A stretch of 30,626 nt of DNA, from the NCBI GenBank assembly GCA_050012755.1, contig JBEKGO010000036.1:1-30626 (forward strand), written 5' to 3'. This document shows positions 8,766 through 16,556 of this stretch, piece by piece (positions within the stretch are counted from its first letter, which is position 1; every line of letters starts with the position of its first letter). The position numbers and the translations under genes are program-made. The stretch is from Candidatus Bathyarchaeia archaeon (GTDB lineage: Archaea > Thermoproteota > Bathyarchaeia > Bathyarchaeales > Bathycorpusculaceae). The notes below the pieces were generated by a model, which worked only from the letters and a program-made list of their open reading frames with translations, was not told the DNA's origin and made no database searches.

Positions 8766-9247
8766 GAATTATCACCTTTAATTTTTTGGGGCGCATATTC
8801 AAGTGATACAGTAAGTCGTCCCTTACTTGCTGACTTTATGAGCCCCCGATTTATCTTTGAATCTGTTCTTCCATGTCGTCCATGCCCAACACGTTTAACA
8901 ATCCAACCATCCAAATTTCCACGAACCAGCTGCGGATTGCTCGTAACCAGATAGAACGGCAAATTCAACTGAGAAGTGTAGAGTTCAGCAACAAAATTTA
9001 GCAAACGCCTTCCGATGCCTATGCCCTGGTAATCAGGCAAAACAACGAGTCGGCTGACACGAAAAAAGTGACCTTTCATCCGTACATGCGCAACTGCGAT
9101 AAACGCTACAGGCTTTTCCTGATAGAGAGCAACGTAGCATCTGACGCCTGCTCCGAGCTTGCCGTTTAGATAGTGATACTGCCGAAACATCGTCCACATT
9201 GAAGTGCCGCACCGATAAACCTTAAGCTCAACGGGCGGCCGCTCTCT
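8735..9247 (-). CDS. GNAT (Mom-like) acyltransferase domain, probably the C-terminal part of an ATPase-GNAT fusion; first in-frame ATG at 9199
   Basis: WTMFRQYHYL and the acetyl-CoA motif SRLVVLPDYQGIGIG. The frame opens at the A7 run inside the upstream ATPase gene. Confidence 0.82.
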   Translation of the reverse strand, partial: RERPPVELKVYRCGTSMWTMFRQYHYLNGKLGAGVRCYVALYQEKPVAFIAVAHVRMKGHFFRVSRLVVLPDYQGIGIGRRLLNFVAELYTSQLNLPFYLVTSNPQLVRGNLDGWIVKRVGHGRHGRTDSKINRGLIKSASKGRLTVSLEYAPQKIKGDNSWTRQRLKDV

Positions 9248-9849
9248 TTTTTTCGGTCAAACTCCATGGTGTCAGTGCAGAAAACCCAATCAGGATCCAA
9301 CCAATCAACAACGTCGTAATGGCAGGTTACGGCTATGAATTTCTTGTCTTTCTGACGCCTGATTGCCTTGCTGATGGCGTAGGAAGCAATTTTTGCAACC
9401 TCGCGATCCACAACTGAGGTGAACTCGTCGAAGACAATCAGTTTTTTTGGAAGGCAAAGTGCTCTGGCGATGTCAACACGCATTTTTTCTCCTTGACTTA
9501 GGCAACTGTAAGATTTGAGCCAGTCTGGAGGCGAAGCAAAGCCGACGCTGCATAGAAGTCTGGTTGCTTCCTTTGTTTCTATTTCTTGGGGAAAATCATC
9601 TAGGATGCATTGATGCGTGTAGTCAAAGCCGGTAATGTAATCGTCTAAAAAGAGCTTTTTTGCTATACTTGATTTGCCTGAACCGCTGCGTCCGACAATG
9701 ATGCCTATTTGCCAGTCGTCTCCCTCAAATGGCAGTGAGCCTTTGAAATGCTTTTGTAACTTAACGTCGTTTAATGTGAAGCTGCCAACGACGCTTTGCG
9801 CTCGAAAACTCTCCGGTTTACTCCAACTCTTGACAAAATCAAAATCCAT
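9166..9849 (-). CDS. Soluble ABC-type ATPase (no permease partner)
   Basis: Walker A GRSGSGKS, signature-like LSQGE, Walker B IVFDEFTS, H-loop VTCH. Confidence 0.88.
   Translation of the reverse strand: MDFDFVKSWSKPESFRAQSVVGSFTLNDVKLQKHFKGSLPFEGDDWQIGIIVGRSGSGKSSIAKKLFLDDYITGFDYTHQCILDDFPQEIETKEATRLLCSVGFASPPDWLKSYSCLSQGEKMRVDIARALCLPKKLIVFDEFTSVVDREVAKIASYAISKAIRRQKDKKFIAVTCHYDVVDWLDPDWVFCTDTMEFDRKKESGRPLSLRFIGAALQCGRCFGSITI
9206..9265 (-). promoter_or_regulatory. Candidate -1 programmed frameshift signal
   Basis: GGAG, then 8 nt, then A_AAA_AAA (9253-9247), a 7-nt spacer and a 34-nt hairpin (9239-9206). Confidence 0.6.
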
Positions 9850-9861
9850 TTCCGCCTCTCC

Positions 9862-10428
9862 CTACAAATTCAAAACTCTCACTTTGTATCCTTCCGTTTT
9901 GAATTTCTCAAAAAAGAACATCTGCTGGGTTTCGTCTGTGCATTCGATGATTAGCTCATAGCTGTCCGGTATTATGTTTGAGTTTTCAGGTGCATGGCCA
10001 TCGGTTTCCGGTAGTGTCTCGCCAATTGACTGTAGTAGTGCTTTTAGGCAATCGCTTTTGCCTGCCTCTATAATGCGCATGTACTCGGCATCGTCAAGCT
10101 CCCTGTTATGTTTACCTTTGAGCTTGTTTAGAATCTGCCGCAGCATTCGCCTATCAACATCAGAAACTGGCAGCCGAAGAACCGGAGCAAAAAACTCGCC
10201 CTGTTCTTTGCAAACCTGCGCTCTCTGTTCACCATCAGCGAAGACGCCCTCTTTGTTGGTTATGATTGGGTAGGTCCACCCGTACTTTTGGAGGCTACGC
10301 CAAACTTGTTCTTTCTGTTTGATTGCCATTTTGTTTGGGTTGTTTTCGTCACTTTTTAGAAGCCGAAGATCTTCAAGCAGGGGCAAGTAAGCATCTGGGA
10401 CAATGATGTTTGTTTTCTTTTCAGCCAA
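9862..10428 (-). CDS. ParB/Srx N-terminal-domain protein (start reassigned to TTG 10428)
   Basis: NNPNKM...SLQKYGWTYPII...ADGEQR pattern. GGTGA SD at 10437-10433. The longer start overlaps the divergent gene. Confidence 0.8.
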   Translation of the reverse strand: MAEKKTNIIVPDAYLPLLEDLRLLKSDENNPNKMAIKQKEQVWRSLQKYGWTYPIITNKEGVFADGEQRAQVCKEQGEFFAPVLRLPVSDVDRRMLRQILNKLKGKHNRELDDAEYMRIIEAGKSDCLKALLQSIGETLPETDGHAPENSNIIPDSYELIIECTDETQQMFFFEKFKTEGYKVRVLNL

Positions 10429-10473
10429 TTTATCACCAAAACTTAAGAGGGCTGTTGTTTGGTATAGATTGCA

Positions 10474-11211
10474 TTGGTGTATGATTTGGGTACCAATGGG
10501 CACGGAATCCAAAAACTGGATGTTTACGAAAAAGCTGTTTTAGATTTGCTTAATTTTGGACCTAAGCAGAGGAAATGGCTTGTAGAGCAGTTATGCACAA
10601 AGATTATGTCGAAGAGGAAACTGCAGGGGACTCTCAACAGCTTGGAAGATGCTGGAAAAATCAAAAAAGTCTATCGGAGCATCGATGATAGACAGACGAC
10701 GTGGTACGTTTTGCCTGAGCAGGAGTATCTTCTAAATGTCGATGAGGGAAGGATGCTGTCGGCGATGGATCGTTTGAAGAAGTTTCTTTTTCGTCCCGCA
10801 ACCGTCGATGAGCTTGCGGTTGAAACTGGTGTTACACCTGCAGTTGCTGAGAAGTTGGCTTACAAGTTGGCAGTGCAAGCTGGATGGTTTAATCCTTCGC
10901 CAGAGCTCATTGCCCATGCACGGGAAAAGCTTGGGGAAGTTTTGGTGTGCGCAGCAAGAATTAAACAAAACGTGTTTTCTGACGCCGACTTGAACCATAT
11001 TTATAGAAATGACCTGGAAATCATAGATGAGGCAAAACGGTTTTTGAATGAGCATCCTGAAATGATTCCCAGCCTTAAACCCGATGAGTACTTTCATCCG
11101 GTGGCTTGGTGTTTATCTTGGCCAGATGAAGCCCTAAAATACCTTGGAAGCCCCCATAAACCAAAAACTCGCCCCATCCCCGGCGTCGGTGTCCGTTTCA
11201 TCCAACATTAA
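10474..11211 (+). CDS. Winged-HTH protein divergent from the terminase operon, possible regulator
   Basis: N-terminal wHTH-like AVLDLL...LQGTLNSLEDAGKIKK...WYVL and a second HTH-like TVDELAVETGVTP. Exact start uncertain. Confidence 0.6.
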   Translation: MVYDLGTNGHGIQKLDVYEKAVLDLLNFGPKQRKWLVEQLCTKIMSKRKLQGTLNSLEDAGKIKKVYRSIDDRQTTWYVLPEQEYLLNVDEGRMLSAMDRLKKFLFRPATVDELAVETGVTPAVAEKLAYKLAVQAGWFNPSPELIAHAREKLGEVLVCAARIKQNVFSDADLNHIYRNDLEIIDEAKRFLNEHPEMIPSLKPDEYFHPVAWCLSWPDEALKYLGSPHKPKTRPIPGVGVRFIQH

Positions 11212-11326
11212 ACAACTTCGACTATCTCCCAGAAAGCTAGAAGCAGGGAATAAACAAAACAGAACCAGCCTTCAGCCTTAGCAGTTTTTTGCTGCTATCT
11301 TCTTCACTCATTGTTTATGTCTGTTT

Positions 11327-11389
11327 TCATATTTGTTGATTGACTGCCTTGACTATGTCTTCAATGTAATCAATGAACTCTTTTGTCAT
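11327..11389 (-). pseudogene. 5' fragment of a HEPN toxin (20 codons)
   Basis: MTKEFIDYIEDIVKAVN matches the start of 13260-13607 (MTKEFIDYVEDIIKAMN), then diverges and stops. Confidence 0.85.
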
Positions 11390-11684
11390 ATGGTTACAAC
11401 TTCTTCTAAAACATGTTTTCCAATTCTGGGTTTAAGGGTTCCTTTCTCTACCAAGTCGACTTTGACGCCTAAAATGTCAGTAAGGTAGTTCTCTAGTCCT
11501 ATAAAATCCAATAAACTTAGTTTAGATAACTCTTCAAACTCAACTAAGATATCAATATCGCTTTTTTTCTTTTGTTCTCCTCTTACGTAGGAACCAAAAA
11601 TGCCAATGTCTTTGACTTGATAATTCTTCTTTAGCTCTTGCTTATGTTTGCTTAACATTTTTTTATTTGGTCGATAGTTATCAT
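11386..11684 (-). pseudogene. MNT antitoxin paralogue with a 1-nt deletion in an A-run (may restart at ATG 11658)
   Basis: Near-identical protein to 13604-13903; 299 nt versus 300 nt, with A7 at 11664-11658 versus A8 in the paralogue. Confidence 0.8.
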
Positions 11685-11782
11685 TGATTTTCACTTTATT
11701 ATTTGCTCTTGAAAAGTTAAGGTTTGCTCTTGGGAATTGTGGTGCAAGGCACTCAAGAAATCTTCTAAAATCATCTGTGACG

Positions 11783-11831
11783 TTCTGCGGTTCTATGAAG
11801 AAGCAGAGAAAAACAAAGAAACACGCAACTT
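11783..11831. repeat. 49-bp repeat family R1, copy A
   Basis: TTCTGCGGTTCTATGAAGAAGCAGAGAAAAACAAAGAAACACGCAACTT; 4 mismatches to copy C. Confidence 0.9.
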
Positions 11832-11888
11832 CCACTAACTTAGCCTTTCGCAGATTAACTCGGAATTTTTTGGAATGATAGAATTTTA

Positions 11889-13052
11889 TTAAGTTTGCGA
11901 TGAAGGCAGGGCTAAAGGTTTTGCGATTTGATTAGTTGAGGTTTTTCGATGCCTTCTATAAATTAACAGAACAATACTCAGGACAACAACTACCGCTATA
12001 AGTGCAATTATTAAAACTTGTTCGTCAACAGCTATCATGGTCCGAGTTGAAGTTGGGCTTGGAGAAAGAAGTTGCAAAAGTGACAAAGAAGGCATAGCTG
12101 ATCCATTAAATGGAATACTTAGCGGATGATAATCGTAATATACAGCTTGCCCAGAATCGCTAGCAATTATGGCATATGGTTGGCTTCCGTTTCCTGTGTA
12201 GTCACTCCAGTAGTTTCCTACTGTCGAATTATCCCAAGTATTGATCCCATTGCTGGGTTCTGCGTTGCTCTGTAGAGAAACTTGAATTGAGTTATTGATA
12301 AAATTATTATTGTAAAAATAACCATTTGTGGAACTTTCCAGCTCTATTCCCCATTTGTTGTAGGCAAAAGTGTTGCCAGAAACTGTAGTGCCGTCACATG
12401 CATCGAGATATAATCCAAAATTACCCGTAACATTACCAAAGTAATTGTCAGCGATAACAGTGTTGATTTGATTAGTTAATTCTTCGCCTCCACCTAAAAA
12501 GACGTTCAACGTTATATTGTTGTCTTCGCCGTTTGCACCTCCAATATTAGTTCCTACCAATAAGTTTGCGAGAAAAATACTGCTAGATGCACCGTCAAGT
12601 GAAATCCCTGTTCCACCAATTTTAGTTAGTGTGTTGTTGTCGATTCTAATATCCTCCCTTGCACCGTCAATTTTTATTCCATCAGATTCTTCAATTGGTT
12701 CTGTTAGAACATGCGTGTTTGTTAGGGTGAAGCCTTGGATTAAGACATGGCTGGCGTTAACGTTAATGATGGTGTTGTATCCTCCGTTGCCATCTATGAT
12801 GGTTGAAGCTTGTCCTTCGCCAATAAGCGATATGGGTTTATTGATAACTAAGGTTTCCTTATACAGCCCATGCTTAACTAAAACTGTATCGCTGGCGTTT
12901 GCATGGTTTATAGCTCCTTGAATAGTTGAGTATTGGTCAGGAACAACGAAAGTTCGGGTTTGGGCTTTTACAACAACGTGTGGTAATAGAACTAAAGAGA
13001 TTAAGCAAATTAGAACAAACAATAAACCCAGAGCTTTGCTTCTTCTACTCAT
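11889..13052 (-). CDS. Cell-surface right-handed beta-helix (NosD/CASH-like) protein with signal peptide and C-terminal TM anchor
   Basis: VVPDQYSTIQGAIN, Asn-ladder repeats, YNNNFINN, GNYWSDY, then a TM helix and RRHRK tail. Confidence 0.85.
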   Translation of the reverse strand: MSRRSKALGLLFVLICLISLVLLPHVVVKAQTRTFVVPDQYSTIQGAINHANASDTVLVKHGLYKETLVINKPISLIGEGQASTIIDGNGGYNTIINVNASHVLIQGFTLTNTHVLTEPIEESDGIKIDGAREDIRIDNNTLTKIGGTGISLDGASSSIFLANLLVGTNIGGANGEDNNITLNVFLGGGEELTNQINTVIADNYFGNVTGNFGLYLDACDGTTVSGNTFAYNKWGIELESSTNGYFYNNNFINNSIQVSLQSNAEPSNGINTWDNSTVGNYWSDYTGNGSQPYAIIASDSGQAVYYDYHPLSIPFNGSAMPSLSLLQLLSPSPTSTRTMIAVDEQVLIIALIAVVVVLSIVLLIYRRHRKTSTNQIAKPLALPSSQT

Positions 13053-13088
13053 ACAGGTTATACCAACTTTAAAGTGATAAAAGGGTAT

Positions 13089-13132
13089 TCGTAAAAGTCT
13101 CTTGACTGAATTTTAGTCAAGGTTTGTTTACT
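13089..13132. repeat. Hairpin repeat family R2, copy 1
   Basis: TC GTAAA AGTCT CTTGACT GAATTTT AGTCAAG GTTTG TTTAC T, ending 37 bp upstream of the ATG at 13052. Confidence 0.9.
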
Positions 13133-13185
13133 TAATAGAAACTCATTGAAAGTAAGGCTGTATTTCTTTACTTTGTTGGAAATTG

Positions 13186-13259
13186 TGATGCAGTCGCTGA
13201 GATTTGAACCAGGGTCGTCAGCGTGGCAGGCATGTCCTAGACCGAACTATACTGCGACC
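13186..13259 (-). pseudogene. Degenerate tRNA-Gly(GCC)
   Basis: GGTCG CA GTAT AGTTCGGTCTA GGAC AT GC CT GCC AC GC TGA CGAC CCTGG TTCAAAT CTCAG CGACTGC ATCA. The first two bases are lost, the anticodon stem is shortened, the T-stem is mispaired and CCA has become TCA. Confidence 0.8.
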
Positions 13260-13607
13260 TTATTTTTCCTTGTTTTCTTCAAGCATTTTTTCAAACAGAG
13301 GTTCTAAAGCAGGTAAATCATTATTAACCGTATTCCAGACCCTTTTAAGATCGACTCCAAAATACTCATGAATGACCTTATCTCTCATTCCAGCCATCTT
13401 CTTCCATGGTATTTGGCTATAATCGGCTTTGATTGAAGAGGGCACTTTTTTAGTTGCTTCTCCAATGATCTCCAAAGCTCGGATGACAGCATACGTGGTT
13501 TTTGTATCCTTGACGAAAATCTCGTAATCCATGTTTTTAACAAAGCCTAACGCATCATTCATGGCCTTGATTATGTCCTCAACGTAATCGATGAATTCTT
13601 TTGTCAT
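13260..13607 (-). CDS. DUF86/HepT-type HEPN toxin (intact)
   Basis: AVIRALEIIGEA, IPWKKMAGMRDKVIHEYFGVD (Rx4HxY). Confidence 0.92.
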   Translation of the reverse strand: MTKEFIDYVEDIIKAMNDALGFVKNMDYEIFVKDTKTTYAVIRALEIIGEATKKVPSSIKADYSQIPWKKMAGMRDKVIHEYFGVDLKRVWNTVNNDLPALEPLFEKMLEENKEK

Positions 13608-13903
13608 ACCGTTACAACTTCTTCTAAAACATGCTTTCCAATTCTGGGTTTAAGAGTTCCTTTTTCCACCAAATCAACTTTAACGCCTAAAATGTCTGTA
13701 AGATAATTCTCTAATCCAATAAAATCCAGCAAGCTTAGTTTAGAAGATTCTTCAAATTCGACCAAAATGTCAACATCACTTTTTTTCTTCTGTTCTCCCC
13801 TTACGTAGGAACCAAAAATGCCAATGTCTCTTACCTGATAATTCTGCTTTAGTTCTTGCTTATGTTTGCTCAAAGTTTTTTTTATTTGGTCGATTGTTAT
13901 CAT
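13604..13903 (-). CDS. MNT antitoxin (intact)
   Basis: GSYVRGEQKKKSDVD; ATGA overlap with the HEPN gene. Confidence 0.92.
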   Translation of the reverse strand: MITIDQIKKTLSKHKQELKQNYQVRDIGIFGSYVRGEQKKKSDVDILVEFEESSKLSLLDFIGLENYLTDILGVKVDLVEKGTLKPRIGKHVLEEVVTV

Positions 13904-14007
13904 TGGTTTTCAATTAATAATCTCCGATTGAAAAGTTAAGGTTTACTCCTCAAAAAATTTTGTGGGAGATGCAGTGCGAATTCTCAAAACCTTTAAGATC
14001 ATCCAAT

Positions 14008-14056
14008 TTCTGCGCTTCTATGAAGAAGCAGAGAAACGCAAAGAAACCCGCAAATT
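14008..14056. repeat. 49-bp repeat family R1, copy B
   Basis: TTCTGCGCTTCTATGAAGAAGCAGAGAAACGCAAAGAAACCCGCAAATT; 3 mismatches to copy C. Confidence 0.9.
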
Positions 14057-14117
14057 TACTAAACTTCCTTTCTTAATAATCTCTGTTCTGGTTTCCATTT
14101 CCTTCATTTTCGTTTGT

Positions 14118-14333
14118 CTAAAACAATGAAGTTTGCGATCTCTTCTTATACCTAAAGAAAACTACTGAAACGACAATTACGACGAAAATAACTACTCCAA
14201 TTACAATGATTAGAGTGTTCGATAATGCAGGTGAAGAACTCAAAGCCCCCAATGCATAATCTCTATCGTCATATGATCCAAAGTAAACGACTCCGTTGAC
14301 AACAGTAAGAGACGAAACAATACCGAAATAAGT
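14118..14333 (-). pseudogene. Orphan 3' fragment of a PQQ-repeat surface protein (absent from the ORF track)
   Basis: Reads TYFGIVSSLTVVNGVVYFGSYDDRDYALG...TLIIVIGVVIFVVIVVSVVFFRYKKRSQTSLF*: last propeller blade, TM helix and basic tail. Confidence 0.8.
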
Positions 14334-14423
14334 CCGTTCAAAAGTTGGACACCGTGAAAGTAATATGTTCTACACCTTGGCCTTAATAATAACGTTCATC
14401 CATCTTTGCTTTGTGATCTTCAG

Positions 14424-15068
14424 ATGCAAAAAGGAATTAGGAAACACGCATGGCTTTACGTAATAGTGACAGTTCTAATCGCTGTAATGTTGGTTTCGCT
14501 TTACTATCAATTTGGCTACCTGCCTCAGAGGCAAAATGGGACCTCTCCCCAGGAACTTGTTGGTCCACTTGGGGGGCAAAATGGGACGTATTCCCAGGGA
14601 ACCCTTGGTTCAACTGGGAGTCCTAACATCGTTGAGGGCCCCAACATCTTCGCGACATTGTCTTTTTCGAATGCGACGGGTTTCGTGACGACCGTCCATC
14701 CTACTTCGGGAACGATTGAATTTGTTCTGCTCCCGAACAGCGTGGGTGAATTTACGGTTACGTACACGGGAATCGGCTTCAACAATTTGACTGTTCCGAT
14801 ATTCAATCCAGTTTTTGGAAATCCCGTTGGCGTGTTAAATGTTTTGTCGAATGGCACGCTTGGAACTGGCTCAGGATTGAGTGTAACTGAATCAGGTGTG
14901 ACATGGGTGAGCTATTATCAAGTGGCTGTTAACTACGCTGTCACTTCTGGAGGGTCAGATGGGTTATACGTGGTTGGATTGCCTTCAACGTGTCTCAGCA
15001 CCATTGTTGATGTTGGAACTCAACCCTACACTGGGTCTCTAACATGGCTTGACGGAATTATTTATTAG
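14424..15068 (+). CDS. N-terminally anchored Gly/Ser/Thr-rich surface protein (ORF track starts it at TTG 14406)
   Basis: One N-terminal TM helix followed by a beta-rich polar domain with several NxS/T sequons. Confidence 0.7.
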   Translation: MQKGIRKHAWLYVIVTVLIAVMLVSLYYQFGYLPQRQNGTSPQELVGPLGGQNGTYSQGTLGSTGSPNIVEGPNIFATLSFSNATGFVTTVHPTSGTIEFVLLPNSVGEFTVTYTGIGFNNLTVPIFNPVFGNPVGVLNVLSNGTLGTGSGLSVTESGVTWVSYYQVAVNYAVTSGGSDGLYVVGLPSTCLSTIVDVGTQPYTGSLTWLDGIIY

Positions 15069-15100
15069 CGCACGCTGAGTGTTACTCAGGGACCAAAAAC

Positions 15101-15149
15101 ACTCAAACAACTCAGAATTTTTTTTTGAGTGACACATCCTTGTTTGAGT
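15101..15149. terminator. Inverted repeat with T-tract between convergent genes
   Basis: ACTCAAACAA (15101-15110) and TTGTTTGAGT (15140-15149) enclose a T-run. Confidence 0.5.
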
Positions 15150-15156
15150 TTGCGAT

Positions 15157-16521
15157 TTAATTATTTCGCTTGTGTTTCTTGAAATAAACCAATAATCCAG
15201 TTGACGCCATAAGGATTAGCAATATTGGAATTGTCAGTGGTGGAAACTCTGGAACGGAAGGGGTAGGCGAAGGCGAGGGTGATGTGGTTTGCGAGGGAGT
15301 TGAAGTTAGGCTAGGCGAAGGCGTCTGGGTAGATGGAACACCGAAGGCATAGACTTGGCCGTCTCCAGAGCTTATGTACAGTACATTGCCTGCAATTACA
15401 GGAAAAGACAAGGAGGCTTCTTGAGTACTGAAGCTCCATATGTTTTTACCTGTTGCAGCATTTAGGCCACAAAGGGTTCCCGTAGAGCCGAGGTTTTGAG
15501 GAAAGTGGTATAAATTTGAGCAGACGTAAACCATCCCGTTTGAAACTGCAAGAGAAGAGCCCACTGGAGAGCCACAAGAATAAATCCAAGTCAACGCGCC
15601 TGTGGCAGCATTTAAAGCATACACATTGCCATCAGCTGAGCCAACGTAGACTACACCGTTAGCAACTGCGGGACAAGAGACACCGCCCCCAGTCGTGTAG
15701 CTCCAGAGTTGCGCCCCGCTACTTGCATTTAAGGCGTAGACATTATCGTTTGGTGAACCCACATAGACTATGCCATCTGCGATGGCTGGAGAAGTTGGTA
15801 TAGCGACTTCTACTTTCGGGTTAGACGGATAGGCTAAAAATTTCCAGATTACCGTGCCGTCTTTAGCGTTTAGAGCGTAAACATTGCCATCGTATGAGCT
15901 TATGTAGAGAGTCCCGTTTACAAGTGCGGGAGAAGAATATACTTGGTCTCCTGTTGTATAGTTCCATATCACAGTACCAATGGTTGCATTGAGAGCATAT
16001 ACGTTGAAGTCGCCTGAACCAATGTAGACTATGCCGTTAGCAACAGAAGGAGAACCTATGCCGCCGCTGACAGTTTTGTACACCCAAGAGACAGAGCCCG
16101 TTAAGGCGTCAAAAGCATACAGATCGCCGTCTCCGTTGCCAGCATAGACAATGCCATTTGCAACTGCTGGAGCAGAAATAGAAAAACCGAAATTAACAGG
16201 CGCTCCAGTGTAGTTCCATAATAGAAGTTCATTTGCAGCATTTATGGCATACAAGTTAGTATTTCCGCCAACGTAGACTATGCCGTTTGCAACTGAAGCG
16301 GGGGACATAGATCCTGAATCAAAAGCTGCAAAGCTCCACAGACTTTGGTTAGTGAGCGGTGCCGCCGAAGTCGAGTATCCAGTATGTGACAAGTCATGCT
16401 GAAACATAGGCCAGTCATCTGAAGCAGAGTTAGCGTTTGCATGGATAGGTTGGAACATAACTAAAGACGTTAAAAACGATGCAACAAGCATGAAAGCTAG
16501 AATTTTACCCCAACTGCTCAT
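15157..16521 (-). CDS. PQQ-repeat beta-propeller surface protein with PEF-CTERM sorting signal (start reassigned to ATG 16521)
   Basis: DWPMFQHDLSHTG, repeated SPAVANGIVYVGS.DGNVYALNA.TG..IW blades, a Pro/Ser/Thr linker, then VPEF, TM helix and KKHKR. Confidence 0.9.
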   Translation of the reverse strand: MSSWGKILAFMLVASFLTSLVMFQPIHANANSASDDWPMFQHDLSHTGYSTSAAPLTNQSLWSFAAFDSGSMSPASVANGIVYVGGNTNLYAINAANELLLWNYTGAPVNFGFSISAPAVANGIVYAGNGDGDLYAFDALTGSVSWVYKTVSGGIGSPSVANGIVYIGSGDFNVYALNATIGTVIWNYTTGDQVYSSPALVNGTLYISSYDGNVYALNAKDGTVIWKFLAYPSNPKVEVAIPTSPAIADGIVYVGSPNDNVYALNASSGAQLWSYTTGGGVSCPAVANGVVYVGSADGNVYALNAATGALTWIYSCGSPVGSSLAVSNGMVYVCSNLYHFPQNLGSTGTLCGLNAATGKNIWSFSTQEASLSFPVIAGNVLYISSGDGQVYAFGVPSTQTPSPSLTSTPSQTTSPSPSPTPSVPEFPPLTIPILLILMASTGLLVYFKKHKRNN

Positions 16522-16556
16522 AGTTAGTCTTAGAACTGGTTTTGTTATAAGGCTTC

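Noticed and set aside
9166-9849. ABC transporter subunit
   Set aside because: No permease or binding protein nearby; the context is ParB, GNAT and terminase.
11685-11835. N-terminal extension of the 149-aa MNT ORF in the track
   Set aside because: It is read-through of promoter and repeat R1 sequence caused by the A-run deletion; the paralogue shows the true start at 11684.
2365-13259. attL/attR pair defining a provirus between tRNA-Glu and the tRNA-Gly remnant
   Set aside because: The two tRNAs are different species, I found no duplicated tRNA 3' end, and the island lies on the 5' side of tRNA-Glu.
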